Virus record (IMG/VR): IMGVR_UViG_3300032234_000919
Location: 1 to 39,403 of that record
Reading direction: 5' to 3' (one strand)
Origin: a virus
Lineage: Duplodnaviria; Caudoviricetes
DNA: 39,403 nucleotides
Below, piece after piece: positions 16,691-26,271 of this stretch. Position 1 is the stretch's first letter. Every line of letters begins with the position of its first letter. The notes under the pieces were generated by a model. The model searched no databases and had not been told where the DNA came from. It was given only the letters and a program-made list of their open reading frames with translations. Position numbers and translations under genes: made by a program.

Positions 16691-19600
16691 TATACAATAT
16701 TAAGCACACCCCCATTTGACCATACCGCACCCGCGGGTAAACCCGCACTTGATGTAGGTACGTTTGCTATAACTAATCGGTTAACGTGCCAAGCACAATC
16801 TAAAGCAGAAGTTATACCACAACCATAAATACCCGCATAATTATTTTGGGCTACGTTGAGGTCACCACCTAAAATAACCGAACCATTCGCTTGAGCCGTA
16901 TTACAAAGACCACTCACTACCGTTGCGTAGTTCGCACACGCGGTATTCGATTGACCTCCCAAAATATTGGTATATAAAGCCGATGCCGTATTTAACTTAC
17001 CTCCGACTACAACGGATAATGAAGTGTTTGCGACGTTGCAACAACCACCCCCGATAAATGTATTGTCGGAAGATGCGATGTTACAAAATCCCGCACCAAC
17101 GAAAGCATTGTTTGATGAAGCCGAATTTCTAAGACCCGCACCAACACCCGAATAAACGCAACTCGCTACGTTTAAGAAACCACCACCAATGAATGAAGGA
17201 TTTCCCGATGCCGTGTTTTGGTCTCCACCCGCAACCGCACTTCTACAAGCCGAAGCGATGTTACCACTACCACCACCTACGAAAGACAAACCCCCACTCG
17301 CGTTATTACCACAACCACCTACTACAATAGCAAATGTTGATGTAGCGCAGTTTTGTTGACCACCCACAACTACGGAATCACTACCCGTAGCAAGGTTGTT
17401 GTTTCCTCCACCAATGAAGGCATCAGTACAAGCACAATTGCTAAACCCACCTACTATGGAAGAAAAGTTTCCAAGTGCACGATTTAATTGACCTCCTAAA
17501 ATTCCCGATGCATTTCCTATCGAACAATTTAAACCACCCGCTCCGACAAAAGATACCTCACCACAAGACCTATTGGCATATCCTCCCGATACCGTACTAC
17601 CAATTCCACTTGCAATACTACATCTTCCTCCTAAAGTGGATGAACATTCACCAATGGCACAACTTCTATTTCCTCCTAAAGATATAGAATATGCGGCAGT
17701 TGCTTTTGCATAAAAACCACTTGCCGTAGAATAGTCACAAGTAGCACAACTTCTAATACCACCTAAAACACTACTATGACCACCCGTTGCTTGATTCTCT
17801 TGACCACCAATTACAGTCGAACAATTTCCGCTTGAAATATTAACAAATCCGCCCGATATAGTTGATTGTAATCCACTCGTTGTATTAGAAACACCTCCAC
17901 CAATAAAGGAATCGAGATTAGTAGTAACATTATTACATCCTCCAACAATTGAAGACCTTCTTGCACCCGCTAAATTGAAAGTACCACCAACAACAACCGA
18001 ACACCATTCACAAGCAATATTACCACTACCTCCACCTATAAATTGATGGTTTGCTGGATTTACAAAACCTATTCTATTATTCTCTCCACCAACTATTGCA
18101 CCAAAAATACTTGTTAAAAAAATACAATTATTTACGCCACCCACTATAGAGGAACCATACCCTAAGGCTTTGTTTCCACATCCTCCAACAACACTACTAA
18201 ATACAGATGTAGCGCAGTTAAAATTACCATTTAAAACTGATGACCAAGAGTTAGTAGCACAATTTCTCAAACCATTACCAACATATGCGTAATCAGCACA
18301 AGCATAATTATAACATCCACTTCCTGTAAAAGCATAAATACCACAAACACGATTATATTCACCATTTACAATTGATGTATAATTACCACAAACTGCACCA
18401 AAAAAACTATTACGACAACCATTTCCAACAAAAGAATTTACACCACTCGCTCTATTTTCAAATCCATTTACTATAACAGAATAAGCACCCGATGCTATGT
18501 TTGAATTCCCTCCACCTACAAATGAATTACTTGAACTAGAAGTGTTGTTTGTACCACCACCTAGAAATGAACACGAAGAACTAGAAGTGTTGTTTGTACC
18601 ACCAACAATAACAGATGCATAAGCCGACCCCGTATTATTTGAACATCCACCACCTATGAATCCACCTCTCGATTGATTTACATTACAAAACCCTCCAACA
18701 ATCGTAGCAAAACAAGCCCTATCATTAGTTTGACAAATTAAATTATTATGACCACCTCCAATAAAAGTGCCACAAAAAATTCCTCCTCCAAAACGATTAA
18801 TGCAATTATTAACACCACCTACAATTACTGATGATTGGCTACATCCTACTATCACGTTATTCACTCCACCACCTACAAAAGAACCATATCCACTAGCAAT
18901 GTTTCCACATCCACCTACAACGCTAGAGAATACGGATATAGCACAATTAGATAAACCACCTACTACTCCACTCCAAGTTCCACTTGCGATGTTACATTGA
19001 CCGCCTATTACCGAAGAACACGCTCCACTAGCATTGTTAGATGCTCCGCCTACAACTACAGATGAAGTACCACTTAATACATTGCTTTTTCCACCACCTA
19101 TAAAAGCGTATCCTGCACTAAGAGTATTATCCCTACCTCCAACTAATACACTACAATTAGCAGTAACAGAATTTGTTAAACCACCTCCAATTACACTTCT
19201 ACCACCTGCATTAGTAACAGAAAAACCTGCCCCGACAAATGATTGTTGATTAGTCGCGCTATTACCCCTACCACCACCTATGAATGAATAATCACCACTA
19301 GCAGTATTCGCACAACCGCCCACAACCGCACTACAATTTCCCGTGGATGAGTTGCCTTGTCCACCCACTACTAAACTACCAATTCCACAAGCAGCATTAT
19401 TAGTACCACCTCCAACAAATGATGCATACCCCGTTGACCTATTTCCACAACCACCAACTATTGATGAGAATATAGATGCCGAGCAATTATTCTGACCACC
19501 TAAAGAATTTGAAAACGCCCCAATAGCACTATTGCCAACTCCACAACGAATTGTAGAATTAGCCCCACTACCTAAAATATAAAGGGATGAAACTCCCGCT

Positions 19601-19728
19601 AATATATCAGTTATACAACCTTGTTTGGTAGTTTGTGCATCGCTATCCCAAATGGGCATAGTAAAGCATCCTTTTATTTGCGCACTCGATAATAAAGGTA
19701 ATGCGCCCGTGGTTTTGTTAGTACTCAT
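16690..19728 (-). CDS. 1012-aa Gly/Cys/Asn-rich repeat fibre (YadA-head-like repeats)
   Basis: Dozens of ~15-aa S.(I/V)xGG..N repeats; C-terminal PTSSAGLPAGAVWSNGGVL. Confidence 0.75.
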   Translation of the reverse strand: MSTNKTTGALPLLSSAQIKGCFTMPIWDSDAQTTKQGCITDILAGVSSLYILGSGANSTIRCGVGNSAIGAFSNSLGGQNNCSASIFSSIVGGCGNRSTGYASFVGGGTNNAACGIGSLVVGGQGNSSTGNCSAVVGGCANTASGDYSFIGGGRGNSATNQQSFVGAGFSVTNAGGRSVIGGGLTNSVTANCSVLVGGRDNTLSAGYAFIGGGKSNVLSGTSSVVVGGASNNASGACSSVIGGQCNIASGTWSGVVGGLSNCAISVFSSVVGGCGNIASGYGSFVGGGVNNVIVGCSQSSVIVGGVNNCINRFGGGIFCGTFIGGGHNNLICQTNDRACFATIVGGFCNVNQSRGGFIGGGCSNNTGSAYASVIVGGTNNTSSSSCSFLGGGTNNTSSSSNSFVGGGNSNIASGAYSVIVNGFENRASGVNSFVGNGCRNSFFGAVCGNYTSIVNGEYNRVCGIYAFTGSGCYNYACADYAYVGNGLRNCATNSWSSVLNGNFNCATSVFSSVVGGCGNKALGYGSSIVGGVNNCIFLTSIFGAIVGGENNRIGFVNPANHQFIGGGSGNIACEWCSVVVGGTFNLAGARRSSIVGGCNNVTTNLDSFIGGGVSNTTSGLQSTISGGFVNISSGNCSTVIGGQENQATGGHSSVLGGIRSCATCDYSTASGFYAKATAAYSISLGGNRSCAIGECSSTLGGRCSIASGIGSTVSGGYANRSCGEVSFVGAGGLNCSIGNASGILGGQLNRALGNFSSIVGGFSNCACTDAFIGGGNNNLATGSDSVVVGGQQNCATSTFAIVVGGCGNNASGGLSFVGGGSGNIASACRSAVAGGDQNTASGNPSFIGGGFLNVASCVYSGVGAGLRNSASSNNAFVGAGFCNIASSDNTFIGGGCCNVANTSLSVVVGGKLNTASALYTNILGGQSNTACANYATVVSGLCNTAQANGSVILGGDLNVAQNNYAGIYGCGITSALDCAWHVNRLVIANVPTSSAGLPAGAVWSNGGVLNIV
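18533..18604. repeat. 27-bp exact repeat at 45-bp spacing within the fibre gene
   Basis: GAACTAGAAGTGTTGTTTGTACCACCA at 18533-18559 and 18578-18604. Confidence 0.85.
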
Positions 19729-19731
19729 AAT

Positions 19732-19884
19732 TTATGGTTCAAATAATAAAATCTTGCCTCCTCCATTGTCGATGAGGAGAATATCGTTTGGGTCTTGCCA
19801 CAATAAAAATGAAAATTCCAAGGGTGAATCCGCATCAACTGCAACCCACCCTATGCAATTTCCCATAGCAATGACTATTGGCAT
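19732..19884 (-). CDS. 50-aa protein (possible fibre adaptor)
   Basis: Hand-translated MPIVIAMGNCIGW...KILLFEP; fills the gap exactly. Confidence 0.65.
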   Translation of the reverse strand: MPIVIAMGNCIGWVAVDADSPLEFSFLLWQDPNDILLIDNGGGKILLFEP

Positions 19885-19885
19885 A

Positions 19886-20152
19886 TTAGTATAAGCCTAA
19901 AATGTTAGATGCCCCCGTTCCCGAAGACCATAATTTTTTGATTTGGATGGGCATAAAAGAGCCGTTAGGTACGTTTACAAACGTAACTATTTGCCCACTC
20001 AGCATTGTAACTTGAATATCTCCACCCGTACCAACATATAAGCATACACCATTTTCCAAGTTATCAATAGAAGTACCCCCAATGGTAATATCGTTATTAT
20101 CATCGGGAGTTAATGCTTGAGCATTATATCCTTGAAAGGTAGTAGTTGGCAT
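19886..20152 (-). CDS. Spike-base protein, RcGTA Rcc01079-like
   Basis: LTPDD...LYVGTGGDIQV.M..G..VTF.NVP.G...P..IKK..SSGT.A..I.GLY; start ATG 20152. Confidence 0.7.
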   Translation of the reverse strand: MPTTTFQGYNAQALTPDDNNDITIGGTSIDNLENGVCLYVGTGGDIQVTMLSGQIVTFVNVPNGSFMPIQIKKLWSSGTGASNILGLY

Positions 20153-20160
20153 AGTAAGGA

Positions 20161-20472
20161 TTAAGGTTCTAAGGTTACAATAGAGCAAGTACCCGCGCCA
20201 ATAACTGCCTCAATTTGAGTAATACATTGGTCGTGGATATTTGTCATTAAATCGGTACTCCAAAACTCTTGAGCATCCAACTCCAAACCACAACGAGATG
20301 GTAGTTCGGGAATGTTCAAGGATTGTTTACCCGCTAAATAATCTGCTTCACTCTTAAAGTAAGCGATGTTAACCCAAGAATCGTTTAGGATGTATATACC
20401 TAAAAATCCGAATGTTTCATTAACTGTGAATCCCTCAGAAGTAGTTAATGGTTTGTTAATTTTGATTGCCAT
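20161..20472 (-). CDS. Hypothetical fibre-associated protein
   Basis: First gene after TATATTTG 20498-20505. Confidence 0.65.
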   Translation of the reverse strand: MAIKINKPLTTSEGFTVNETFGFLGIYILNDSWVNIAYFKSEADYLAGKQSLNIPELPSRCGLELDAQEFWSTDLMTNIHDQCITQIEAVIGAGTCSIVTLEP

Positions 20473-20507
20473 TTTTTTATAAATTAAAGTTTAAGTTCAA
20501 ATATAAG

Positions 20508-20954
20508 TTAAAAATCACTAATATACTCTTTGAAGAACTCTATGTCATTGATTGTAGTGTTTCCATTAAACATTGATTGAGCCGTTTGTTCTTCGACTTC
20601 AATTCTATAACCCACAGTGGTGTTTGCCTCTATATTCGCGAAAAATGCGTTGTTTGAATCGAACGCATAATCGTAGCCAAACATAGATTGATTTAAACTT
20701 GCTTGGTCTTGATAGGGGTCAACCATCATCTGTAAATTCACTTCGTTTTTATCACCGAATTTGTTGAATTTTCTTAGACGAACGGGTTGTAATAATTGAG
20801 AAATACTAGAAGTAGACTGATAAATGTTGTATAATAAATAATCGTAGTTAAGACCTATTGAAGCGTTTATTTGGTCATAAGAAATACCACTTGCTCCCCT
20901 AACTTCAACTACGGGAGAACTATTTACGCTTATTATGGGTGCAATACTAGGCAT
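20508..20954 (-). CDS. Paralog of the candidate capsid protein (minor capsid?)
   Basis: Shares Y.Q, QS.S..QLL, DPYQ.Q, GY...D and I.A.T.V with 32746-33444. Confidence 0.65.
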   Translation of the reverse strand: MPSIAPIISVNSSPVVEVRGASGISYDQINASIGLNYDYLLYNIYQSTSSISQLLQPVRLRKFNKFGDKNEVNLQMMVDPYQDQASLNQSMFGYDYAFDSNNAFFANIEANTTVGYRIEVEEQTAQSMFNGNTTINDIEFFKEYISDF

Positions 20955-21265
20955 TACTTAACCATCAAAACGTCTTCGCCACTCAAAGTACGAGCAACGA
21001 ATTTTCCGTCCTTTGTACGAACAACTTTCATTTTATATTCTTCAACGAACATTGAATTCAACTTGTCCAAATTGGATGCGCTTTCTTTTGCATCTATAGC
21101 ATCTAAATAAGCATCCAAAATAATACGAGCGTTTTCTTTTTGCTTGACTTTTGAAGATTCGGCTTCTTGTGGAGCGGTAATACCTTTTTTACGAGGCAAT
21201 AAAATTATAACCCCTAAAACAACAATACCGATAATAATTAATCCGTCTTTTAAGTCCTTATTCAT
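20954..21265 (-). CDS. Membrane protein (N-terminal TM)
   Basis: Hydrophobic helix followed by RKK. Confidence 0.75.
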   Translation of the reverse strand: MNKDLKDGLIIIGIVVLGVIILLPRKKGITAPQEAESSKVKQKENARIILDAYLDAIDAKESASNLDKLNSMFVEEYKMKVVRTKDGKFVARTLSGEDVLMVK

Positions 21266-21266
21266 A

Positions 21267-21566
21267 TTATTTTTTTCTCAAAACAAAGAATAATGCAACA
21301 CCTACACCAACTACCAACAAACCTATACCAATATAGATTGGCAAGTTTTCTGAGCGTTGCTTAGATTTTATTGCATTTTCAATCAAAGCCAATTTCGATT
21401 GCTTGTCTTGAGCGGTTAAAAGTTGTTGTTGCAACCTTTTTTGTTCATCCGCGTTCAATAAAGCCAAATCGGCTTGAAGTTTAGTTTGTTGTTTAGCACT
21501 ATATACACCTACCGCGGTGTCTGAAATAGTTTTCGTAAGTGCCGCAAGTGTTACGGGGTCTATCAT
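21267..21566 (-). CDS. Tail-anchored coiled-coil membrane protein
   Basis: Q/L-rich helix, C-terminal TM + RKK. Confidence 0.75.
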   Translation of the reverse strand: MIDPVTLAALTKTISDTAVGVYSAKQQTKLQADLALLNADEQKRLQQQLLTAQDKQSKLALIENAIKSKQRSENLPIYIGIGLLVVGVGVALFFVLRKK

Positions 21567-21808
21567 TTTCGTTCCTCCAATTTTACAAGTCTAGTTTTGG
21601 TTTCTCCACGGAAATCAACGTAATCACCTTTAAGGTATTCGATGTCTTTTTTAGTTTCAGCAACCATAACTTTCAAATCGTTTATATCGCTCATCAAGGA
21701 TTTTATATCTTGATAAAGTGATATAACAAGGAAAGAAACTATCCCCATAATGATTCGTAAAAACCAAGTCCAAAGGGATGTAGTTGTTAAAGCAAGTTCT
21801 TTTTGCAT
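21563..21808 (-). CDS. TM + coiled-coil small protein
   Basis: Follows TAAATTTG 21827-21834. Confidence 0.7.
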   Translation of the reverse strand: MQKELALTTTSLWTWFLRIIMGIVSFLVISLYQDIKSLMSDINDLKVMVAETKKDIEYLKGDYVDFRGETKTRLVKLEERK

Positions 21809-21862
21809 CTACTTTAAAGGTATATGCAAATTTACCGAATTAACAACTAATAAGAAATTATT

Positions 21863-22048
21863 CTACTTTATAGGTAATTTAGACCAAATAATTTCGTGTC
21901 CAAAGTATAAAATTGGCTTCCAAAGCAAATCTGTTATGCTCATATAGATACCAACATCAATTCTGTTAGTAGTAATATAAGCAATAAAAAATGTGGAAAG
22001 TGAGCCAACTATTCTATAAGTAATCGTCTTATAAATCGCCCTTTTCAT
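21863..22048 (-). CDS. DUF2061-like small membrane protein
   Basis: KTITYRIVG...K.ILYF.HE..W; start ATG 22048. Confidence 0.75.
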   Translation of the reverse strand: MKRAIYKTITYRIVGSLSTFFIAYITTNRIDVGIYMSITDLLWKPILYFGHEIIWSKLPIK

Positions 22049-22391
22049 TTTTAAGTTGTTCGCGAATTTTAGTCCCACTAATTTCAGCAATTTCCGATGG
22101 TGGAATATGTTCTATTACCTCATATCCTACATCTCGACCATAGTTGAAACTCTCTATATCGGGAATAATAATTACTTTAACCATACCCTCATTAATTAAT
22201 GGATATAGTTGTTTCATAATGTTCAAACGAACTTCTTCCGCACTATAAGGGTTCTTTTCGTCTTTTTCAACATCACGAACCGCAATAAGTACGGGAATAC
22301 CTTGATTTAAATTTTGGTCTATTAGCCAACGATGACCACTATGCCATACTTGCCAACGACCTACATACATTGCATATTTTTTCTTTTCCAT
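22029..22391 (-). CDS. HxGH nucleotidyltransferase (cytidylyltransferase-like)
   Basis: GRWQVWHSGH and ISGTKIR. Confidence 0.8.
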   Translation of the reverse strand: MEKKKYAMYVGRWQVWHSGHRWLIDQNLNQGIPVLIAVRDVEKDEKNPYSAEEVRLNIMKQLYPLINEGMVKVIIIPDIESFNYGRDVGYEVIEHIPPSEIAEISGTKIREQLKNEKGDL

Positions 22392-22411
22392 ATTTTTACA
22401 TTTTACATTTG

Positions 22412-22879
22412 TTACAAATTCAAAAAACTAACAATCTTTCGTAAACATTCCATTTCGGTAAATTCGGAAGTATTTACTGATAAAAGATTTTCTTCGGCTA
22501 TTTCGGTTGGTTCTTCAAAATCAACGCAATGAAAAGCCTCTCTACCCCTCTTTTCTTTTACATCGTAGGTAAGGTAAATCCACTTTACTTGCTTTCCCAA
22601 CGACTCAATATATTGCCTTGCTTCCGCATAAGGAAACACAAAAGAAATTAGGACGTAGCGATTGAGTGAACATTCATAATATGCCATTTCACTAGCACGT
22701 TTAAGGTTTCTCAATCGCCCCTTCCTAGAATAGTCTTGGTCTTTAAACAACAACCGAAATTTATCGTTATCAATAAAATGCGCTGATGGTTTGTTAGCCT
22801 TTGATTTAAGGTGTCCAAATAACAACTTACTCAAAGTTGATTTTCCACTATGGGGTTGTCCAAAGAAAACTATTATCAT
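22412..22879 (-). CDS. cysC: Adenylylsulfate (APS) kinase-like protein
   Basis: GQPHSGKST; D.DKFR; DYSRKGR..N; FEEP. Confidence 0.8.
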   Translation of the reverse strand: MIIVFFGQPHSGKSTLSKLLFGHLKSKANKPSAHFIDNDKFRLLFKDQDYSRKGRLRNLKRASEMAYYECSLNRYVLISFVFPYAEARQYIESLGKQVKWIYLTYDVKEKRGREAFHCVDFEEPTEIAEENLLSVNTSEFTEMECLRKIVSFLNL

Positions 22880-23313
22880 TATTCTTCATCTTTAATTACT
22901 TCCATATCCGCTTGAGGTTCTTCATTACCTACTTCGGTTTCGGGAGTTTCTTCTACTTGGGAAACTTTTTCTGTTTCTTCAGTTTCCTCAGACTTTTCTT
23001 CAACTTCTTGGTTAGAAATAATTCCAACAATTGCATTCTCGTTTTGAACAACATCAAAAGATTTTCCTACAAATAAGAAATGGTGTTTATATAAGCCATT
23101 AGGACTTATACCGCTCCAAGTCAAAACAATAGCACCATCGCTATTAATAGCATCTACTAAAAAAACTTCTGCATTTACAATTGCTTGTAAGTTTTCATCT
23201 TCTTCGACTTCAGCAATTTCACCGATGGTGAAAATATATTTCTTATCGGAGTTTTCGGGATAGTTTTCGTTACTCCTAACTAAAACTACTTTATTATCTT
23301 TTAAGTTTATCAT
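22879..23313 (-). CDS. Acidic hypothetical protein
   Basis: Glu-rich tail; in operon. Confidence 0.7.
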   Translation of the reverse strand: MINLKDNKVVLVRSNENYPENSDKKYIFTIGEIAEVEEDENLQAIVNAEVFLVDAINSDGAIVLTWSGISPNGLYKHHFLFVGKSFDVVQNENAIVGIISNQEVEEKSEETEETEKVSQVEETPETEVGNEEPQADMEVIKDEE

Positions 23314-24131
23314 TTTGTGTATCTAAAATAGTCAAAAAACCATTTGTAAGTATTCCAAATCCAATCAGTAACATCTCGACCTAAAACTTGTTTAGCAGTG
23401 CTAGGAACGACTTCTAACTTAGTGCGAATAGTATGGTCTCCAAAGATTCCATAAACTTCGTCTGATTCTTGAGTAATTTGCTCAATATTATCCCAATCGT
23501 GTTGGAAGTAAGGCAACCCTAAATACTCATAAATACGATGCATTTCAGTATCGGGGTTTATGCACAAGTCTTCAAACTTTACAAAAAGTATTTTTGAATC
23601 GTAGCCTTGTCGCATAATTTCTGAAAGCCTTTCAATAGCCATACCAACGGGTTGTCCGTTTGCCCAAACATCAATTCGTTTTGGGGTACTAGTACCAATG
23701 AGTTGAGCGTGGTCTACCATATTGTTTCCCAAATGCTGATTTTTACGGAAATTCTTTTCCATAGAGCAATAAACATCTCTCAAATCGCGAACCATACAAA
23801 TAATCTTAGGTTCGGGATAAAAGAAATTTAAAAAGTCTCTATGTATTCCGTAAGCACGGCTTTTTTCCATTACAAACTTTTTGTCCGTAATGGCATTGAA
23901 AAAGCCAAACATACCATTGTGGCAAAAAGCCTTCCACCCCTTTTCCATAGTTTCTGTATCTTGGGCTTTAAATTCGGGGCTATTTCTATAATTGGCTTGG
24001 GCAGCATACAACAACTCAAAAACTCCACTAGTAGGAGTAACGTAAAAGTCGGGATTTTGAGCCATAATGTTTTGCAACAACGTGCTACCACTACGAGGCA
24101 AACTCGAATTGAAAAATATTTTATCTACCAT
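23310..24131 (-). CDS. PAPS-dependent sulfotransferase
   Basis: 5'-PSB SLPRSGSTLL; 3'-PB VRDLRDVYCS; KFEDL..NP. Confidence 0.9.
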   Translation of the reverse strand: MVDKIFFNSSLPRSGSTLLQNIMAQNPDFYVTPTSGVFELLYAAQANYRNSPEFKAQDTETMEKGWKAFCHNGMFGFFNAITDKKFVMEKSRAYGIHRDFLNFFYPEPKIICMVRDLRDVYCSMEKNFRKNQHLGNNMVDHAQLIGTSTPKRIDVWANGQPVGMAIERLSEIMRQGYDSKILFVKFEDLCINPDTEMHRIYEYLGLPYFQHDWDNIEQITQESDEVYGIFGDHTIRTKLEVVPSTAKQVLGRDVTDWIWNTYKWFFDYFRYTK

Positions 24132-24136
24132 ACATT

Positions 24137-25012
24137 TTAAATTTTTTCTAAAGCCTCAATAATAGTTTCCGCATCGAATATTTCGTTGGAACTATTGTAG
24201 GGCATTTCTAATGGGTCTCCCGTAATGTTAAACATACCCAAATAAGCATTACGCAATTCGGGCTTTTTAGTCCAATCTTTCGCTTGAATATTGATATGTG
24301 TGTCGTATCCAAATACACCCTCGGCATTGGCAATCCAACAAACCACGGAGGGAAGTTGTAAAGCAGCGCAAACGTGGTTAGCAAATGAATCAATCAAAAG
24401 GCGTTTTTGTGCCATCATTAAAAGAACACACATAGCACGGAAATTATCGGAAACCATCACCGTGTTATTCAAAGCGGGTTGGTCTTCTCTACGAATATGA
24501 CATACTAAATATTTTTCGGCATAATGGTCTACTACCTTCTGAGCCGTTTGTTGTGGAATATCTCTAGCCCAAGAATATTTGTTTTCTTGATTTGGTGCAC
24601 CCCCGTTTGTCTGAATAACCATCAACGGCTTATCCGAGACGAACTTTTGAGAATATAATTCCATTTCCCTTTGTGTGAGGTAAATTTGGGGATATTCTCC
24701 GTTGTATTGATACCCATTAAGTTTTGCCCACGTTTTAAGGATATGTTCGGTTTTTTGAATATGGGCAATCTCAAAATAGGGATTGTGAGCGTGTACTTTG
24801 CAAGGCTTATTGTGAATATATTCCTCATAAAAATATTGAATGTTTCCGAATCCGAATGACCTATCAACGTAAGGATTGTTTAAAAAAACTTCGGGGTATC
24901 CACTAACAACGATAAGTTTTGCTTCGGGATGTTGAACCTTGATAGTTTGGCAAATTGCGGTGGCAATAATACACTTACCTAAACCACCATCTATTTGAAA
25001 AATTATATTCAT
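24137..25012 (-). CDS. Glycosyltransferase, GT-B fold (GT9-like)
   Basis: GGLGKCI; IDSFANH.CAAL..PSVV.W. Confidence 0.75.
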   Translation of the reverse strand: MNIIFQIDGGLGKCIIATAICQTIKVQHPEAKLIVVSGYPEVFLNNPYVDRSFGFGNIQYFYEEYIHNKPCKVHAHNPYFEIAHIQKTEHILKTWAKLNGYQYNGEYPQIYLTQREMELYSQKFVSDKPLMVIQTNGGAPNQENKYSWARDIPQQTAQKVVDHYAEKYLVCHIRREDQPALNNTVMVSDNFRAMCVLLMMAQKRLLIDSFANHVCAALQLPSVVCWIANAEGVFGYDTHINIQAKDWTKKPELRNAYLGMFNITGDPLEMPYNSSNEIFDAETIIEALEKI

Positions 25013-25064
25013 ATATTACACATTTAGAGTGTGCAATTTAGTAAAAATCATAAATATAAAAAAA

Positions 25065-25475
25065 TTAACCTTCGGAAAGAAGTTCGTTAATGGTAGTAAT
25101 CTTTTTGTGTTGTGAACCATCGAAAATAGCCACACCTACCTTATTGTCTTCTCTCTTATAAAGAAACGCACTAAATGCAGTAGGGTCTATTTGCAAGTTG
25201 GTTGTGTTGTTTGCCATACTCTTATAAATGTATGGAACTACTAAGCCTTCTTGTCCTAGAATATCTAGTTTCAGACCCATAATTTCTTTGTAATGCGTGT
25301 CACGAACGATTTTCCAAGAATTACATAATTGATAATTAATTGGGGCTTCTTCACTATCCCCAAAAGTCAATCTGATTTGAACATCTTTTTCAGAAACACC
25401 TAATTCTTTCGCGAAGTTAGCAACTCCTTTTGCGAAGTCTTTTGCGATTTTTTCGCCAAACATTTCACCTACCAT
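25065..25475 (-). CDS. Hypothetical protein
   Basis: Follows TATATTTG 25494-25501. Confidence 0.7.
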   Translation of the reverse strand: MVGEMFGEKIAKDFAKGVANFAKELGVSEKDVQIRLTFGDSEEAPINYQLCNSWKIVRDTHYKEIMGLKLDILGQEGLVVPYIYKSMANNTTNLQIDPTAFSAFLYKREDNKVGVAIFDGSQHKKITTINELLSEG

Positions 25476-25503
25476 ACTATTTTAACATTTTTACAAATAT
25501 ACA

Positions 25504-26010
25504 CTAAGCATAGTATTCATCGTAAAGAGATTTTAACTCTCTTCCACTTGTACTATATCTTACGGGCACTTTTGTAAATCCGAAAATAGTTTTGATTCTG
25601 AAGTTTCCAACAAAATCCATTGGTATATCTTTCAAGGTTAAAGCATTTGCAGCGATTGTTCTCCATCCACTAATTAAACTCTTAGGGTCAAAATTAATGG
25701 TGAACGAAATAGGTGATTTTGAATTAGGTGCAATAGTGGTTTCTTTGGCTTCGACTATAGAACCCAATTTAACTCCACCCGTAAACGCTAAAATATCAAT
25801 ATCCTTAATGGTTGCAGTGAAGTTTGATTTGTTTATAATTTCCAAAGTAACTACACCTTCAGCAGTTGGTATTAATTTGTTTATTCTAAATCCAATTACG
25901 TTAAAGTCCCATTGGTTCGCTAACAATACGTTGCGATATACATAACGCGCAATAGCCGCACCCGCAAGTGTAGCACCCGTAATCAAAAGAATTTTGTTTG
26001 CTTTCATCAA
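25504..26010 (-). CDS. Membrane-anchored LEA_2/WHy-like protein
   Basis: N-terminal TM; LEIINKSNF...IKDID...G..LG...TIAPN beta-sandwich pattern. Confidence 0.55.
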   Translation of the reverse strand: MMKANKILLITGATLAGAAIARYVYRNVLLANQWDFNVIGFRINKLIPTAEGVVTLEIINKSNFTATIKDIDILAFTGGVKLGSIVEAKETTIAPNSKSPISFTINFDPKSLISGWRTIAANALTLKDIPMDFVGNFRIKTIFGFTKVPVRYSTSGRELKSLYDEYYA

Positions 26011-26270
26011 TTAAATAATAATTTGTAACCTACATATAAAGCACCCGCTGCTAAAAAATAATACACTATTGAATTAGGTACTCCCAAAACAACGGGCTCT
26101 TGTGCATTTAAACGCTCTACTCTACCACGAACTTCATCTACGCTAGATTGAACTTCGGGGGAAAAAGTTTCTTTGAATTTTAAACCAAAAGTTTTTGCTT
26201 GAGCAACATCGGCTTCAAGTTTCAAACCAATATCCTCATTGCCATCAGCATAAAAAAAGTTGTCTCTCAT
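26007..26270 (-). CDS. Tail-anchored virion membrane protein with ADG motif
   Basis: FFYADG near the N-terminus; C-terminal TM. Confidence 0.7.
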   Translation of the reverse strand: MRDNFFYADGNEDIGLKLEADVAQAKTFGLKFKETFSPEVQSSVDEVRGRVERLNAQEPVVLGVPNSIVYYFLAAGALYVGYKLLFN

Positions 26271-26271
26271 A

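Noticed and set aside
16690-19728. Diversity-generating retroelement target, or ice-nucleation protein
   Set aside because: No reverse transcriptase or adenine-variant TR/VR pair seen; the repeats are GG..N 15-mers, not AGYGST
16967-19894. Plus-strand Pro/Thr-rich ORFs
   Set aside because: Antisense shadows of the Gly-rich fibre codons
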